A stretch of DNA of 64,000 bases from Candidatus Moanibacter sp. GTDB taxonomy: Bacteria > Verrucomicrobiota > Verrucomicrobiia > Opitutales > UBA2987. Of this stretch, positions 22,160-33,388 are shown piece by piece (position 1 is the first letter of the stretch; the number at the start of each line of letters is the position of its first letter). The notes below the pieces were generated by a model. It was not told the DNA's origin, ran no database searches, and saw only the letters and a list, made by a program, of their open reading frames with translations. The DNA is taken from NCBI GenBank assembly GCA_965215885.1, contig CBDCEW010000103.1, positions 128,001 to 192,000 of the forward strand, written 5' to 3'. The position numbers were made by a program, and so were the translations under genes.

Positions 22160-22652
22160 ATGCCCTCTTCCTACATCATCCTCGGTGCAACCGGCTCCGG
22201 GCGCCGCGAAGTTCTCTGCGACCTCATTCGCTCCACAAGAGCCGATCGGACGGGCGTGAATGCCATCTACATCTCGGAAGACGAGCGGTCCTCGCCACAC
22301 GAGGAAGCCCTCCGCGCCCTCGACAATACGACCCTTCTCTTCTGGCGATTTCAGGGGGATGCAGAAATCGTCTCGGATTCAATTCCCAACGGTACTGACA
22401 TCGCATTCTTTGTCTTCGACGGACTCCGCAGCCCCGTCGACCAGATAGAGGCGCTCAAGCCCCGGTTGGAACGAAACAATCTTTCATTGGCGCGCATCCT
22501 TTCCGTTGTCCACTGCCGACTCGCCTTCGAAAATCCAGCCCTTGCGAAGTGGTACGAGGCCTGCATCCACTTCTCCGACTATGTTCTTCTGAATAGGCGA
22601 ACCGGCGTGCCCAACCGCTGGATGAGGGAATTCCAGGACTATTATAAAAAAC
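22160..22652 (+). pseudogene. P-loop-like hypothetical protein, 3'-truncated by ISL3
   Basis: ILGATGSGRRE at the N-terminus. The frame runs into the IS at 22653 and no continuation is seen beyond 24135. Confidence 0.7.
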
Positions 22653-24135
22653 GGGTCTACAGCAGAATCTGTGGGTGGGTAACGTCGCTTACAAGAGGAA
22701 ATAGAGTCGGTGAGCACAAGGAGAAGTCAGGGCGCTGCCCTGAATCCCGCTCCTCCACAGCCGGAGGGGCTGGTCGGTGTTTTCTTTGCATATGGGATTG
22801 AAAGGTTGAAGCACCGGGCCGTTCCGAGGATGAAAGTAGTACCGAAAATACATCCTGAACACGGAGGACCCAGTGCTCATCAAAACGCTACTGAATCGGT
22901 GCTATTGGCTCAAGAGCTTTGTTTACGCAAAGGCGAGTATGGAAATGGTGAAATCGGAGGAGGCGATTGTGGTGCAGATTGAGCCGCGCAAGAATAGTCG
23001 GGTGTGCTGTTCGGGGTGTGGCCGGACGGCCAGCGGCTACGACCACATGAGCGAGGCGAGGCATTTTGAATTTGTGCCCTTGTGGGGGATGAAGGTGTAT
23101 TTTCGTTACCGCATGCGGCGGGTCAATTGCCGGCGGTGCGGGGTGAAGGTCGAAGAGGTGCCCTGGGCCAAGGGCAAGAGTCATCTGAGTTGGCCAATGC
23201 AATGGTTTCTGGCCCAGTGGGCGAGGCGCTTGAGCTGGGAAGAGACGGCAAGGGTTTTTCGCACGAACTGGCGCAACGTCTTCGAGTCGGTCGAGGCGAT
23301 GGTGCGGTGGGGGCTCAAACGGCGCGATATGAGCGGGATTGAGGCGATCGGAGTCGATGAGGTGCAGTATCATCGAGGCCATCACTATCTCACCGTGGTC
23401 TACCAGCTTGACGAGGGGCGGCGGCGGCTATTGGGCGTATTCAATAAGCGCAACGTAAAATCGCTCTTGCGTTTTTTCTGGGAATTGGGAGCGCAAAAGA
23501 GCAGCCAGATCCTCTACGTCTGCTCGGATCTGTGGAAGCCTTACCTCAAAGTGATCAAGAAAAAGGCACCCCAGGCGCTGCACATCCTCGATCGCTTCCA
23601 CTTGGTAGCCAACCTGAACAAGGCCCTCAATGAGATTCGTGCTGCGGAAGCCAGGCGATTGCAACGGGACGGCTACATCAACGTGCTGGTCAAAAGCAAA
23701 TACTGTTTCTTGAAAAATCCGCAAAATCTCACCCCCACCCAACAGATCCGCCTCAAGGAGGTGCTCCAATACGATCTGAAGAGCGTGCGGGCCTATCTAC
23801 TAAAGGAGAGCTTTCAGCTCTTGTGGCATTATAAAAGCCCCTACTGGGCCCAATGGTATCTGAAAAAATGGTGCACGCGCGCCATGCGTTCGCGCCTCAA
23901 ACCGATCAAAAGGTTCGTGCGCTCGGTGCGCAAACACGAGCCGCTCATCCTCAACTGGTTTCGGGCCAAAAAGGCCTTTTCCTGCGGCATTGTGGAGGGC
24001 TTTAACCGCAATATAAATCTCACTATCAGAAAAGCATACGGCTTTAAGAGCTTCGAAGTGCTTAAGATCGCCCTATTTCATACCATGGGCGACTTGCCTG
24101 AACCCGAAATAACCCACAGATTCTGCTGACGAGGC
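22653..24135 (+). mobile_element. ISL3-family element, copy 1 (1483 bp, no TSD)
   Basis: TIRs GGGTCTACAGCAGAATCTGTGGG / CCCACAGATTCTGCTGACGAGGC. The two flanks differ. Confidence 0.93.
22880..24129 (+). CDS. ISL3 transposase (GTG start at about 22873)
   Basis: Zinc-finger CSGC..CRRC, IGVDE, CSDLW, DRFH and VEGFNRNI. Confidence 0.93.
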
Positions 24136-24449
24136 TTAATTTTCAATAAAATAGAAATAACGAATTCTCTTATCGAGTCGCACAAAAAGAATTCCCGGCT
24201 GCAGGCGAAATTTTTTTCGCGCCTGCAGCATCTCACCTACTATACTGATTCTTTTCAAGAAGTGTCGCCTACGGCGATCCAGACAATTCGATCTAAGCTT
24301 GCGACCTTTCCCACGGCCCGGTGTTTTCAAGAAAAACGACAACGAAGCGGAAAACCAGCCACTTCCCAAAGTCATGCCCTTTTCCTCCCGCTTCGTGCGA
24401 TCACGGCCGAAACTTGAAGATCAAATAGGCGCTCAACGGCTATCCACAG

Positions 24450-27400
24450 GTGCTCAAACACACTAAAGAGATATCACTAGGCGTGCGGCAACGCTCGCTT
24501 CTCATAATCGCAGGTGTGGTAGTGATGGGAGTCTCTTCGTTCTATCTAACCTCCTCCTATGAAAAGCGATCACTCGCACCTCGGCACGCAAGCGACGGGA
24601 AAGAAGTGGCGAGTGCTGATCGTTCGATAGTTTCCGCAAGTCCCTCTCCACAAATATCTCCAGCTGTTTCGAAGGTAGAATCGACTGAGCGGGAAATCGA
24701 ATCCGTCCGAGCTCCGATTCCAATAAGGGATCGCACGGAAGGCGCTGAGGTATTCGAAGTTGTGGAAGAGAGTCCGGGAACCGGTCTCATGAGTCGCATC
24801 CGCATTCTCCGACTGGAAGAGAATAGCCCCCTCATTCGCGTTGAAGAGCAGCTTACCACCGTCGGAAAGGGAGAGTGGATTCTGATCAGCCAGGAGGCGA
24901 TGCGAGCCGATCAGATCCTGGCATTACCTTCCACCGACGAGGCGCATGAGAGACTGGAAATACTCGCAGAGCAGGAGGGCTACACACTGGTCAAAAACTC
25001 TCCGCACTCCTCGATTCTCAGGGTTCTTCTTCCGGATGCCGGACTTGACGCAGTGCCGGAAAGTATCCAACAACTCGGTTCACTGGCGGCGAAAGAGATA
25101 TTGGTCGAGCCGGACTTCGTATATTTTCCGAACGCACAACCGAACGATCCCGATGCCATAAAACAATGGGCCCTGGAGAGAATCGAGGCAGAAGACGCAT
25201 GGGCGATATCAACCGGCTCGAAGGAAATCGTAGTCGCCGTGATCGACTCTGGAATCGACCTCGATCATGCCGATCTGATCGGGAATCTATGGAGAAATCC
25301 CTTAGAAATTGATAACAACCAAGACGACGACGGCAACGATTACGTCGACGACATCAATGGATGGGATTTTGTGGATAACGATAACAGTCCCGACGACGGT
25401 GACGGCCACGGCACTCATGTCTCTGGGATAATCGGAGCCAGAGGGGACAACGGAACCGGTATCGCCGGGGTAAACTGGAAAATCAGTCTGCTGCCGCTCA
25501 AGACGGGTAGCCGTACATTTTCCACTTCTCGGAATGTCGCGGCAATGGACTACGTGCTCTCAATCAAGGAACAGGGCGTTCCAGTCGTCGCCACGAACAA
25601 CTCCTATGGCTCCCTCTCCTTCAGCACTTTCATGAGGAACGCGATAAACCGGCATCGGGATGCCGGGATAATATTCGTAGGGGCAGCCGGAAATGAGAGT
25701 CGGGATAACGACGAGTCTCCCAGCTATCCGGCCAGTTACGAAATTGAAAACGTTATTTCTGTTGCGTCAACAACCGGTGCCGACAATCTCTCCTCCTTTT
25801 CAAATTTTGGATCCACGAGTGTTCATCTTGGGGCTCCGGGATCCAAGATCTACTCGTCTATCAATAGTTCCTCATACGGTTACAAGGACGGTACATCGAT
25901 GGCTACTCCACAAGTGGTCGGAGCAGTAGCTCTGGTCACTGCGGCGGATCCTTCTCTTAGCTGGCGTGAGGTGAAGGATCTTATACTGACAACGATAGAT
26001 CTTGTTCCGGATCTTGAAGGAAAGACCTCCACGGGCGGTCGCCTGAATCTCCGAAGCGCCGTGGAAGGTGCAGTCGGGATCAGGAGGCCGGAACTGCGCA
26101 TTGTTTCACCGAAAGCACCCGCAGTGAGCCTCGTCGCTCCGGGTCTGTCCCTCTATTTGGCAGCGGCTCTGGAAATCGACGGAGAATCGGTCCTCTCTCA
26201 GAGGGGCACCTTTCAGTGGTCATCCATTCCCGAGAGCAACAACGTCGTGTTTGAAAATCCTCGCTCGCGCGAAACGGTTGCGAGGTTTAACGTGGCCGGT
26301 AGCTATCGCGTCCAGGCGAGTTATGCGGATGGCGCCTACCGGAGGACCAGGGAACTCTACGTGACCGTTGAGGAGGAGGAGATTCTCACTTCCGACTTGA
26401 GCGCCTGGTGGAAATTCGATGAATCCAGTGGTCAATCCGCCTCTGATTCCTCCAGCTCTCAACGCCACGGAGAAGTAGAAGGCGCTACCTGGGTAGATGG
26501 TCGCATCGACGGCGCTCTCCGCTTTAACGGCACGGACCAAAGTGTATCCTTTCCCGCTCCAACCCTCAACCGGTTTACTCTCAGTGCCTGGTTCAAAACA
26601 GACAGTGCAGGAAACAGCGTCTTCCCACGCATCTTTAACTTGCCCGATTTCCTCCTCTACCTCGGCCGCAGAGACAATGACTACGAACCCGATCAGAAGA
26701 CTGTCAAATTTTTCGCCAACAGGACCCGAAGCGATGGCGTTTGGAATTCCGCAAAAAATGTTGTGGAAGACACTCGGTGGTTTCACGTAGCGGCCTCCTT
26801 TGGCGCGGGAGACGGCGACGCGACGCCCGCACTTTACATCGATGGTGTCCCCCTAACGGTCGGGCCTCAGAGCGTACCCTCCGGAAGCCGGGCAACGGAC
26901 GGAGAGACCGGCTACATTGGAGACGATGGAGAGGACACCCGAGCTTTTGATGGCATTGTCGACGACATGAGAATCTACAATCGGATACTGGCAGCCTCGG
27001 AAGTCGCCGCCCTGGCGGAAGGACCTGATTTAGGCACGGCACCGTGGATAAAGGCGGGCGGAAGTCGATCCACTGCCGCCGGAGAACTGGTAAACCTCTC
27101 TGTTGAAGTGGAAGATCCGGACACGTCAATTCAACTCTTGACCTTTGAGTGGGAAACCGTGGACGGTCCCGCAACGGTCGAATTCAGCGACCCCACTCTG
27201 CTTAACACTCAGGCAAGATTTCCGGTTACCGGGCAGTACCGATTACGCCTTTTCGCCGATGATGATAACGCCCGTAGCGTAGAAGATCTGCTTGTTTCCG
27301 TGGAGGACACCACGATTCGGGATACAGGCGACGATTCCGGGAACGATCAATCCCCGGAAGATCACGTTGCCAACACTATTTGGCCCTCGGCGGTCGATCT

Positions 27401-27680
27401 CGGCAACGGCTGGAAGTCCGCGGAGTGGTTTGGCAGTTTTAGACTTTCCGACGATCCATGGATATTCCATAACGAACACGGTTGGCTCTACATTGAAAAT
27501 GGCGGAAACAGCGGTATCTGGCTATTCAGCGAGGAACTGGGTTGGCTCTACACGAGCAAATCCTTCTATCCAAACTTGTATTGGTACGCAGAAAATACGT
27601 GGCTCTGGTATCAACGCGGTTCAACTGCGCCGAGGATATTTTTCAATTTCAGAACCGAGCAGTTTGAGAGCTACGACTAA
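24450..27680 (+). CDS. S8 subtilase with LamG and PKD-like domains
   Basis: Catalytic VIDSG, HGTHVSG and GTSMATP. LamG motifs WKFDE..FDGIVDDMRIYNR. Trp-rich C-terminal module. Confidence 0.92.
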   Translation: MLKHTKEISLGVRQRSLLIIAGVVVMGVSSFYLTSSYEKRSLAPRHASDGKEVASADRSIVSASPSPQISPAVSKVESTEREIESVRAPIPIRDRTEGAEVFEVVEESPGTGLMSRIRILRLEENSPLIRVEEQLTTVGKGEWILISQEAMRADQILALPSTDEAHERLEILAEQEGYTLVKNSPHSSILRVLLPDAGLDAVPESIQQLGSLAAKEILVEPDFVYFPNAQPNDPDAIKQWALERIEAEDAWAISTGSKEIVVAVIDSGIDLDHADLIGNLWRNPLEIDNNQDDDGNDYVDDINGWDFVDNDNSPDDGDGHGTHVSGIIGARGDNGTGIAGVNWKISLLPLKTGSRTFSTSRNVAAMDYVLSIKEQGVPVVATNNSYGSLSFSTFMRNAINRHRDAGIIFVGAAGNESRDNDESPSYPASYEIENVISVASTTGADNLSSFSNFGSTSVHLGAPGSKIYSSINSSSYGYKDGTSMATPQVVGAVALVTAADPSLSWREVKDLILTTIDLVPDLEGKTSTGGRLNLRSAVEGAVGIRRPELRIVSPKAPAVSLVAPGLSLYLAAALEIDGESVLSQRGTFQWSSIPESNNVVFENPRSRETVARFNVAGSYRVQASYADGAYRRTRELYVTVEEEEILTSDLSAWWKFDESSGQSASDSSSSQRHGEVEGATWVDGRIDGALRFNGTDQSVSFPAPTLNRFTLSAWFKTDSAGNSVFPRIFNLPDFLLYLGRRDNDYEPDQKTVKFFANRTRSDGVWNSAKNVVEDTRWFHVAASFGAGDGDATPALYIDGVPLTVGPQSVPSGSRATDGETGYIGDDGEDTRAFDGIVDDMRIYNRILAASEVAALAEGPDLGTAPWIKAGGSRSTAAGELVNLSVEVEDPDTSIQLLTFEWETVDGPATVEFSDPTLLNTQARFPVTGQYRLRLFADDDNARSVEDLLVSVEDTTIRDTGDDSGNDQSPEDHVANTIWPSAVDLGNGWKSAEWFGSFRLSDDPWIFHNEHGWLYIENGGNSGIWLFSEELGWLYTSKSFYPNLYWYAENTWLWYQRGSTAPRIFFNFRTEQFESYD

Positions 27681-27830
27681 GATAGCCTTCGGCCGCCATG
27701 ACAGCCCGCAGAAAGCGTTTTTGATCGCTTCTACGAAGCCCGAAATCCTACCGGATTCCGCTACGAGATAATCCGAGTAATTGTGGCTGCAAAAAAGCGA
27801 ACACTAGTCCAACATCCATGAGATAGTTTC

Positions 27831-28484
27831 ATGAAGGAAATCCTCCCAAATCTTTACCACTGGCAAGTGATCTGGCCGAAGCTCTGGTCGCTGGAGAGTT
27901 ACCTCCTGAAGACAGATACGGGGTGCGTTGTCATTGATCCGATCGAGTGCATCGGTCTCGGTCCCATCGAAGAAGCGACGGATGTGAGAGCGATCATCGT
28001 GACCTCCGGTTGGCACGAGCGGTCCAGTCGACTGTTTGGAAAGCGGACGGGAACTCCGATATTCGTGCCAGAACGCGATCTCTGCATGTTCGAGGATCTC
28101 GGCGCACATGAAACATACGACGACGGTGACATTCTCCCATGCGGCATTCGAGCCATCGGAGTCCCCGGACTCACTCGCGGTGAGCAAGCACTCTATTCTG
28201 AGACCAACGGAGGCACCATATTCACGGCCGATTGCCTCGGCTCCACAGACAAATGGGCGCCAAACGGTATTCCCTTGGGCGGACATCCGAATGGTCATCC
28301 ATGCCCGGCGGAGACATTGTCTCATCTCCTCGATTTCGATTTCGTCAATCTGTGCCCTGGTCACGGCGATCCCCTTCTGGGCGATGGGAAAGAGAAATTA
28401 ATCGAGTTGCTTGACTCTGGTGTTTCGACATCCACCGGTCCGGCCCGCGTTAGTTATTTTCCGCTTCGCACTACCGGCACTTAA
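27831..28484 (+). CDS. Metallo-beta-lactamase-fold protein
   Basis: VVIDP, WHER, ADCL and CPGHG. The canonical HxHxDH motif is degenerate. Confidence 0.7.
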   Translation: MKEILPNLYHWQVIWPKLWSLESYLLKTDTGCVVIDPIECIGLGPIEEATDVRAIIVTSGWHERSSRLFGKRTGTPIFVPERDLCMFEDLGAHETYDDGDILPCGIRAIGVPGLTRGEQALYSETNGGTIFTADCLGSTDKWAPNGIPLGGHPNGHPCPAETLSHLLDFDFVNLCPGHGDPLLGDGKEKLIELLDSGVSTSTGPARVSYFPLRTTGT

Positions 28485-28552
28485 CCTCGAAACTCACTGC
28501 TGATGCGGATTTCCGGGCGGAATATGGCAGGGCATTTCGGTCGCAACATCAT

Positions 28553-28617
28553 CGAAAAGCTCCCGCTTTCCGCTACGGCCCCGACCGCAAGCTGTAGCGG
28601 AAAGCGGAAGCTTTTCG
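28553..28617. repeat. GTAG-REP inverted doublet, family B (17-nt spacer)
   Basis: CGAAAAGCTCCCGCTTTCCGCTAC-N17-GTAGCGGAAAGCGGAAGCTTTTCG. Second doublet at 35424-35488. Confidence 0.8.
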
Positions 28618-28621
28618 TCTA

Positions 28622-28803
28622 CTAGCCCGGACATTTCACACACTTCGCAGCGAGACAGCGTAGATCGCTGCGTATCAGAGCCTTTCCGCAAGTCGGCGGG
28701 CGACAGTGTGTTGGAACCCTCTGAGGTCGCCGAGCAAGGGAAGGGGTTGAGACGCAGTGATATCCGCGGTCGTAGCAGAAGGTTTGTGAAATTTTCGGGC
28801 TAG
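28622..28803. mobile_element. 182-bp MITE, intron-free allele
   Basis: CTAGCCCGGACATTTCAC ... GTGAAATTTTCGGGCTAG. Colinear with 3480-3644 plus 4308-4324. Confidence 0.88.
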
Positions 28804-29789
28804 AGCACCGAGTGTTTCACCCTGCCGTAGGGCAGAGGACGAACCAATCCGTGTACTCATTTTGGGGCAATCCCGCGATCTGCCGTACTCCTGAGTCCGA
28901 CAGATTCCTCCTAACGCACCGAAAAACGATACTCCGTAATTTGCCGATAAGTCTCGCCGGGCCGGAGGATGACACTTGGGAATTCGGGTTTGTTGACCGA
29001 ATCGGGAAAGTGCTGCGCTTCCAGACAGAGGGCGTGAAACTGATCGTAGACGGCTCCACCCTTTCCCAACGTCTTGTCGAGGAAGCCGCTCGTGTAGAAC
29101 TGTAGGCCAGGCTCTGTCGTGAACATCCGCATAACCCTTCCGCTCTTGGGATCGTAGACCTCCGCCGAGAGATAGGGTTGATCGACGCCACCGTCATTGA
29201 GGACGAAATTGTGGTCATAGCCGATCGGAAGCTCGCTGAAATCCTCGCCGATCCGCTTCGGTTCGGTGAAGTCCAGCGGGGTTCCTTCGACCGGCAAGAT
29301 GGCTCCCGTCGGGACGCCGTCGGCATCCGGCTCCGTAAACCGGTCGCCATTGAGCGTGAGCACATGATCGTAAACAGGACCCTCTCCCGCTCCGGAAAGG
29401 TTGAAATAGGTGTGATTCGTCAGATTTACTGGCGTCGCCTGATTAGTCGTCGCCTCATATTCGATGCGAAAGCCGTCCTTTTCCGTGAGGACATAGACGA
29501 CCGTGATGGACAGGTCGCCCGGATAGCCCTCCTCACCCTCCGGACTGAAATAGGTGAATTTCACGGCGGGACCAGAATCGTGTTCCACAGGCTCACTCTT
29601 CCAGACTCTTTTATGGAGCCCCACCTCACCCCCGTGAAGGTGGTGTTTACCGAAATTTCGGGCGAGTTGATATTCCACTCCATTCAATTCGAAACGACCG
29701 TTAGAAATGCGGTTGGCAACACGACCGGTGGTACATCCCAAATAGGGGCTATTCTCTTCGTATTCCGCGGAAGTTTCGAAGCCTAGCAC

Positions 29790-31706
29790 GACCTTATCCG
29801 AAAAGCTACTGATTGGCCGCAAAGAGGCGCAAAAGGCGCAAGAAGAACTTGAGAAAAATCATTTTTTGGCTTGATAAAAAGTGTCGCAACATGCTAGTGT
29901 TTAACAACCTAAGATTAAGAAAGGAGTTAAACATGCCAACATGTGCGACAGAGGAGAACAAAAGCGATAAGACGCCCCTTAGCAACCTCATTCTGCCGGT
30001 TCCAGACACGGATTTCCGTGATTTTCTGGATGAAGTTGAAGAATTGGCCGGGTTCGCGGCGCAAATCATCGAGGCGATCGAGAAGGATCTGGACGCCCAT
30101 GCGCGTGAGAAGAAGAAACTTCGATTGGAAGATCGAAGGTTCTTTGAAGGGCGCACAGCGGAGCTGCCGGAGCTGGACATCGAGGAGGAGAATATTCTGG
30201 CTGCTGAATTGAATCTTGGGGCAGGCCGGCCGCGGATGCCGGCTTATGCGGTATACGTGTTCGTGATGCTTCGAGGGTTTCTGGGTTCGTTGACCACGAA
30301 ACCGGCACGGCGGTTTGTGCGCGAGTCGATGAGCTTGTACGGATTTTTGCAGAGCGGGGGACTGAGAATGCCGGCGGTGACGACGATTCTGGAGAACGTG
30401 AACCTGGTCAGCCATACGACCCGCGAGTTGATCTTTGATAAACAGATTGGGTTTATCCTCCAGGAGCAATGGGACGATTTCGGGAAGCTGACGATCGACA
30501 GCACCTCGGTGAAAGCAAACAGCTGCTGGCCCACCGATGGGAAGATTCTGAGCGGTCTTTTGATGCGGGCCAATCGTTTGGGTCAGAAGTTGCATGTCTT
30601 CGGGCTGGAGGATTTTCGCAAGGGATGGGTTGGGCGTTGGCTGGAGGAAATGGACAAGCTGGAGTTTCAGATTTGTCTGGCCGCGGGCAAACCGAAGTCG
30701 AAGGGCAAGCTGAAGAAACACTACCGGCGGTTGCTCAAGCGGGGCCGCAAGGCGGCCGACTCACTAACGGGGGAACTGAGCCATCTTGAAGAGGGCCTGT
30801 CGATGGATTCACTGCCTCCCACTCGCCGGGAGCTTCTGGAGCGGGCATTGAGCCAGATCAGGGGCGATATTGCCGACGCCAAGCGGGTTGTTGAGTATGC
30901 TCATGATCGGGTGTTTCACGAAAAGAAGCTACCGTCCACACAGAAGGTCCTGAGCCTCTCGGACGGATCGGCGGCCTACATCAAGAAGGGCAGCCGCAAT
31001 CCAGTGATCGGGTACAAGCCACAACTGGTTCGCAGCGAAAACGGTTTTGTCACCAGCCTGATCGTACCGCAAGGCAACGCGGCAGACTCCATTGAGCTGG
31101 CGCCGGCCATCGGCGATTCGATCAAGCGCACCGGTGTCATTGCTGAACTGGTCAGCACCGATGACGGATATGCTTCGGCGAAGGGACGCAAGGAGGTGCT
31201 GAGCATGGGGGTAAAGCAGATCAGTATCAGTGGGGCGAAGGGCAAGAAGTTGACCACCCCCGAGGACTGGGAGAGCGAGGCGTATCGCGAGGCACGCCGC
31301 GATCGCTCCGCAGTGGAGTCGCTGATGTTCACGATTAAAGATGGATTTGCCTTTGGCGAACTCGGCCGCCGCGGCATCGATGCGGTAGGCGATGAACTGC
31401 TCGAGAAGGTTCTGGCCTACAACTTCTGCCGCATCATACTGATGAAGAAACGCCGAGGGGAGGAACTGGAACAGGCAGCCTGAATCTGACCGCTTTGAAG
31501 CTCAGAGAAAAAAGCACCACGGGATGAGTATGCCTCCAGACAGCGGCAAATATACGTATTGTGCAGCAAGCCACGCCGATGGCCGCTCAATACCTGCTCA
31601 TCGGCAGCGCCGGCAGCCTAAAACCCGAAACCTGCCAGCCATAGGCTGGTCCGCCCGTGGCGGAGAACCTTAAACCGCCCGCTCGAAAGGCTTTTCGAAT
31701 GGGGTC
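29790..31706 (+). mobile_element. 1917-bp IS (IS5/ISNCY-like), copy 2
   Basis: Same TIRs as 5172-7088. 6-bp TSD TAGCAC. Confidence 0.93.
29933..31483 (+). CDS. DDE transposase (IS5/ISNCY-like)
   Basis: Differs from copy 1 by one I/L substitution in the ORF track. Confidence 0.88.
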   Translation: MPTCATEENKSDKTPLSNLILPVPDTDFRDFLDEVEELAGFAAQIIEAIEKDLDAHAREKKKLRLEDRRFFEGRTAELPELDIEEENILAAELNLGAGRPRMPAYAVYVFVMLRGFLGSLTTKPARRFVRESMSLYGFLQSGGLRMPAVTTILENVNLVSHTTRELIFDKQIGFILQEQWDDFGKLTIDSTSVKANSCWPTDGKILSGLLMRANRLGQKLHVFGLEDFRKGWVGRWLEEMDKLEFQICLAAGKPKSKGKLKKHYRRLLKRGRKAADSLTGELSHLEEGLSMDSLPPTRRELLERALSQIRGDIADAKRVVEYAHDRVFHEKKLPSTQKVLSLSDGSAAYIKKGSRNPVIGYKPQLVRSENGFVTSLIVPQGNAADSIELAPAIGDSIKRTGVIAELVSTDDGYASAKGRKEVLSMGVKQISISGAKGKKLTTPEDWESEAYREARRDRSAVESLMFTIKDGFAFGELGRRGIDAVGDELLEKVLAYNFCRIILMKKRRGEELEQAA

Positions 31707-32011
31707 TAGCACGACATCGGCGAGATTCCCCTCTCGGTCGCGAACATGCAACTCCGTTGCGGTGGCTCCCAGTTCTATCACCTTCAGGATGCTCCCATTG
31801 CTGTTCACAAGGGTATACCGTTTGACTTTGCTACCGTCCTTTGTCGTTCCAAACAGTTCTTCGGTAATTCCATTCATGTCTATTTCTCCAACAGTGAAGG
31901 TCTGCGAAAGAGCTACCTGGCCGGATCCCATGGCCACTAGAATAAATGGCAGTGTCAAAAGGAACAAGGGAATTTGCCAGGCAGTGCTGTCTCTGTTCAT
32001 TCTGGTTATCA

Positions 32012-32230
32012 ATGAGTCGGAGAATTCGCAGGGTACCATACCAGCTTGATGCGAAGAACATCAAGAATTTACCTCAAACAGACCTAGTTGCGATTCTGCG
32101 TGGCGCTGATGAACTCATTATGAAAGGCGGGCGTTCACTGCTTAGAACCTGGGCAGAAGTCGACTACAGGAAAGTTCGCAAACGCATCGCGAAGGTAATT
32201 GTACGGCTTACCGCACGATCCCCTCAATAA
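32012..32230 (+). pseudogene. Internally deleted RQC-domain-like protein remnant
   Basis: MSRRIRRVPYQLD..AILRGADELIMKGGRSLL is fused directly to a W..VDYRKVRKRI tail. Family recognised from memory only. Confidence 0.5.
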
Positions 32231-32536
32231 TCTCACGTCCGCTCCGCGTCTTCCGTTTTCGACAGTGAACGCAGCCAGGGTCGAGACGTTGGCGTTCTCG
32301 TTCCTGACACTATCGATAACCCGGACAGAGGTTTTCCACTCTTCCCTACCGACTTCATGGAGGAAGTAGCCGCGTTCGCAAGAACGTGGGGGTTTTTCGG
32401 TGGAATCATCTCTATTCCCTGTTCAGTGTACGAAAGATTAGCTATTGCCTGCGACAGCCTATTTTTCGCACATCATACAGGGAGCTTGCAAATACGGGCG
32501 CTATCAATTGGTTGGTTCCCGGGTTCCAATATTCCC

Positions 32537-33160
32537 ATGATCGCAATAATAGACTATCGAGCGGGTAACTTACGGAGCGTCGAGCGCGCCTGCCGCGAGG
32601 TCGGGGCGCAGGCTGAGCTGGTGGCGGATCCGGAAAAAATCGCCAGAGCCGGGCGGGTCATATTCCCCGGTGTGGGGACGGCCGAGAGCGGCATGAAGAC
32701 ACTGCGCGAGACCGGTTTGGGCGAGGCGCTAAAGACAGCCTTCGAGCGTGGCGCCCCCATCCTTGGTATCTGCCTGGGCGCGCAAATCATCCTCGATCGT
32801 TCCGAGGAGGGAGAGCAGGATTGCCTTGGGCTTATCCCCGGCGAATGCAATCGCTTCCGCCCGGAGGATCCGGCCCTCAAGATCCCCCACATTGGCTGGA
32901 ACCAGGTGCTCCTCACCCAAGCCCATCCGCTCTTAGACGGATTTCCGGGAGGGGCCGAGTTCTATTTCGTCAATTCTTTCTACGCTGTTCCCGCCGACAC
33001 TGATTACGTCTACGGTGAGTCTGAATATGGCCACTCCTTTTGCGCCATGTTGGGCCGTGAGAACCTCTTTGCCACTCAGTTTCATTTGGAGAAAAGCGGC
33101 CGTTTCGGTCTGGAACTGCTGGAACGTTTCACGCGCTGGGACGGAAGGAATTCACTCTGA
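32537..33160 (+). CDS. hisH: Imidazole glycerol phosphate synthase glutaminase subunit
   Basis: IIDYRAGNL, FPGVG, GICLGAQ, PHIGWN and QFHLEKS. Confidence 0.94.
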   Translation: MIAIIDYRAGNLRSVERACREVGAQAELVADPEKIARAGRVIFPGVGTAESGMKTLRETGLGEALKTAFERGAPILGICLGAQIILDRSEEGEQDCLGLIPGECNRFRPEDPALKIPHIGWNQVLLTQAHPLLDGFPGGAEFYFVNSFYAVPADTDYVYGESEYGHSFCAMLGRENLFATQFHLEKSGRFGLELLERFTRWDGRNSL

Positions 33161-33278
33161 ATAGTACGTGTTTGGCGTGATTTCTGATGGTCTTAAAGTT
33201 CCTGCATGTTTATTCGATCTTCGGGGTCATGAACTTAGGAAGATTTCGGCGAAAAAGTCGCCTTCACGAAAATTTAGG

Positions 33279-33351
33279 CCACTTTCTTGCGAAAGCGGCT
33301 ACTGATATCAACGACCTATGGAACATTGTAGCCGCGTTCGCAAGAACGCGG
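33279..33351. repeat. GTAG-REP inverted doublet, family A (25-nt spacer)
   Basis: CCACTTTCTTGCGAAAGCGGCTAC-N25-GTAGCCGCGTTCGCAAGAACGCGG. A single copy is at 32366-32389. Confidence 0.82.
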
Positions 33352-33388
33352 TCGAATTTCAGCAGAATCTAAAAAGCAGCAAATCCCT

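Larger units (their letters stand above)
28911..32000 (-). pseudogene. galM: Aldose 1-epimerase interrupted by the 1917-bp IS
   Basis: The N-part (..RDREGNLADVVL) at 31707-32000 joins the C-part (VLGFET..GRVANRI..HLHGG..TNHTYFNL..GYDHNF..CLEAQHFPD) at 28911-29789 across TSD TAGCAC. Confidence 0.92.
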
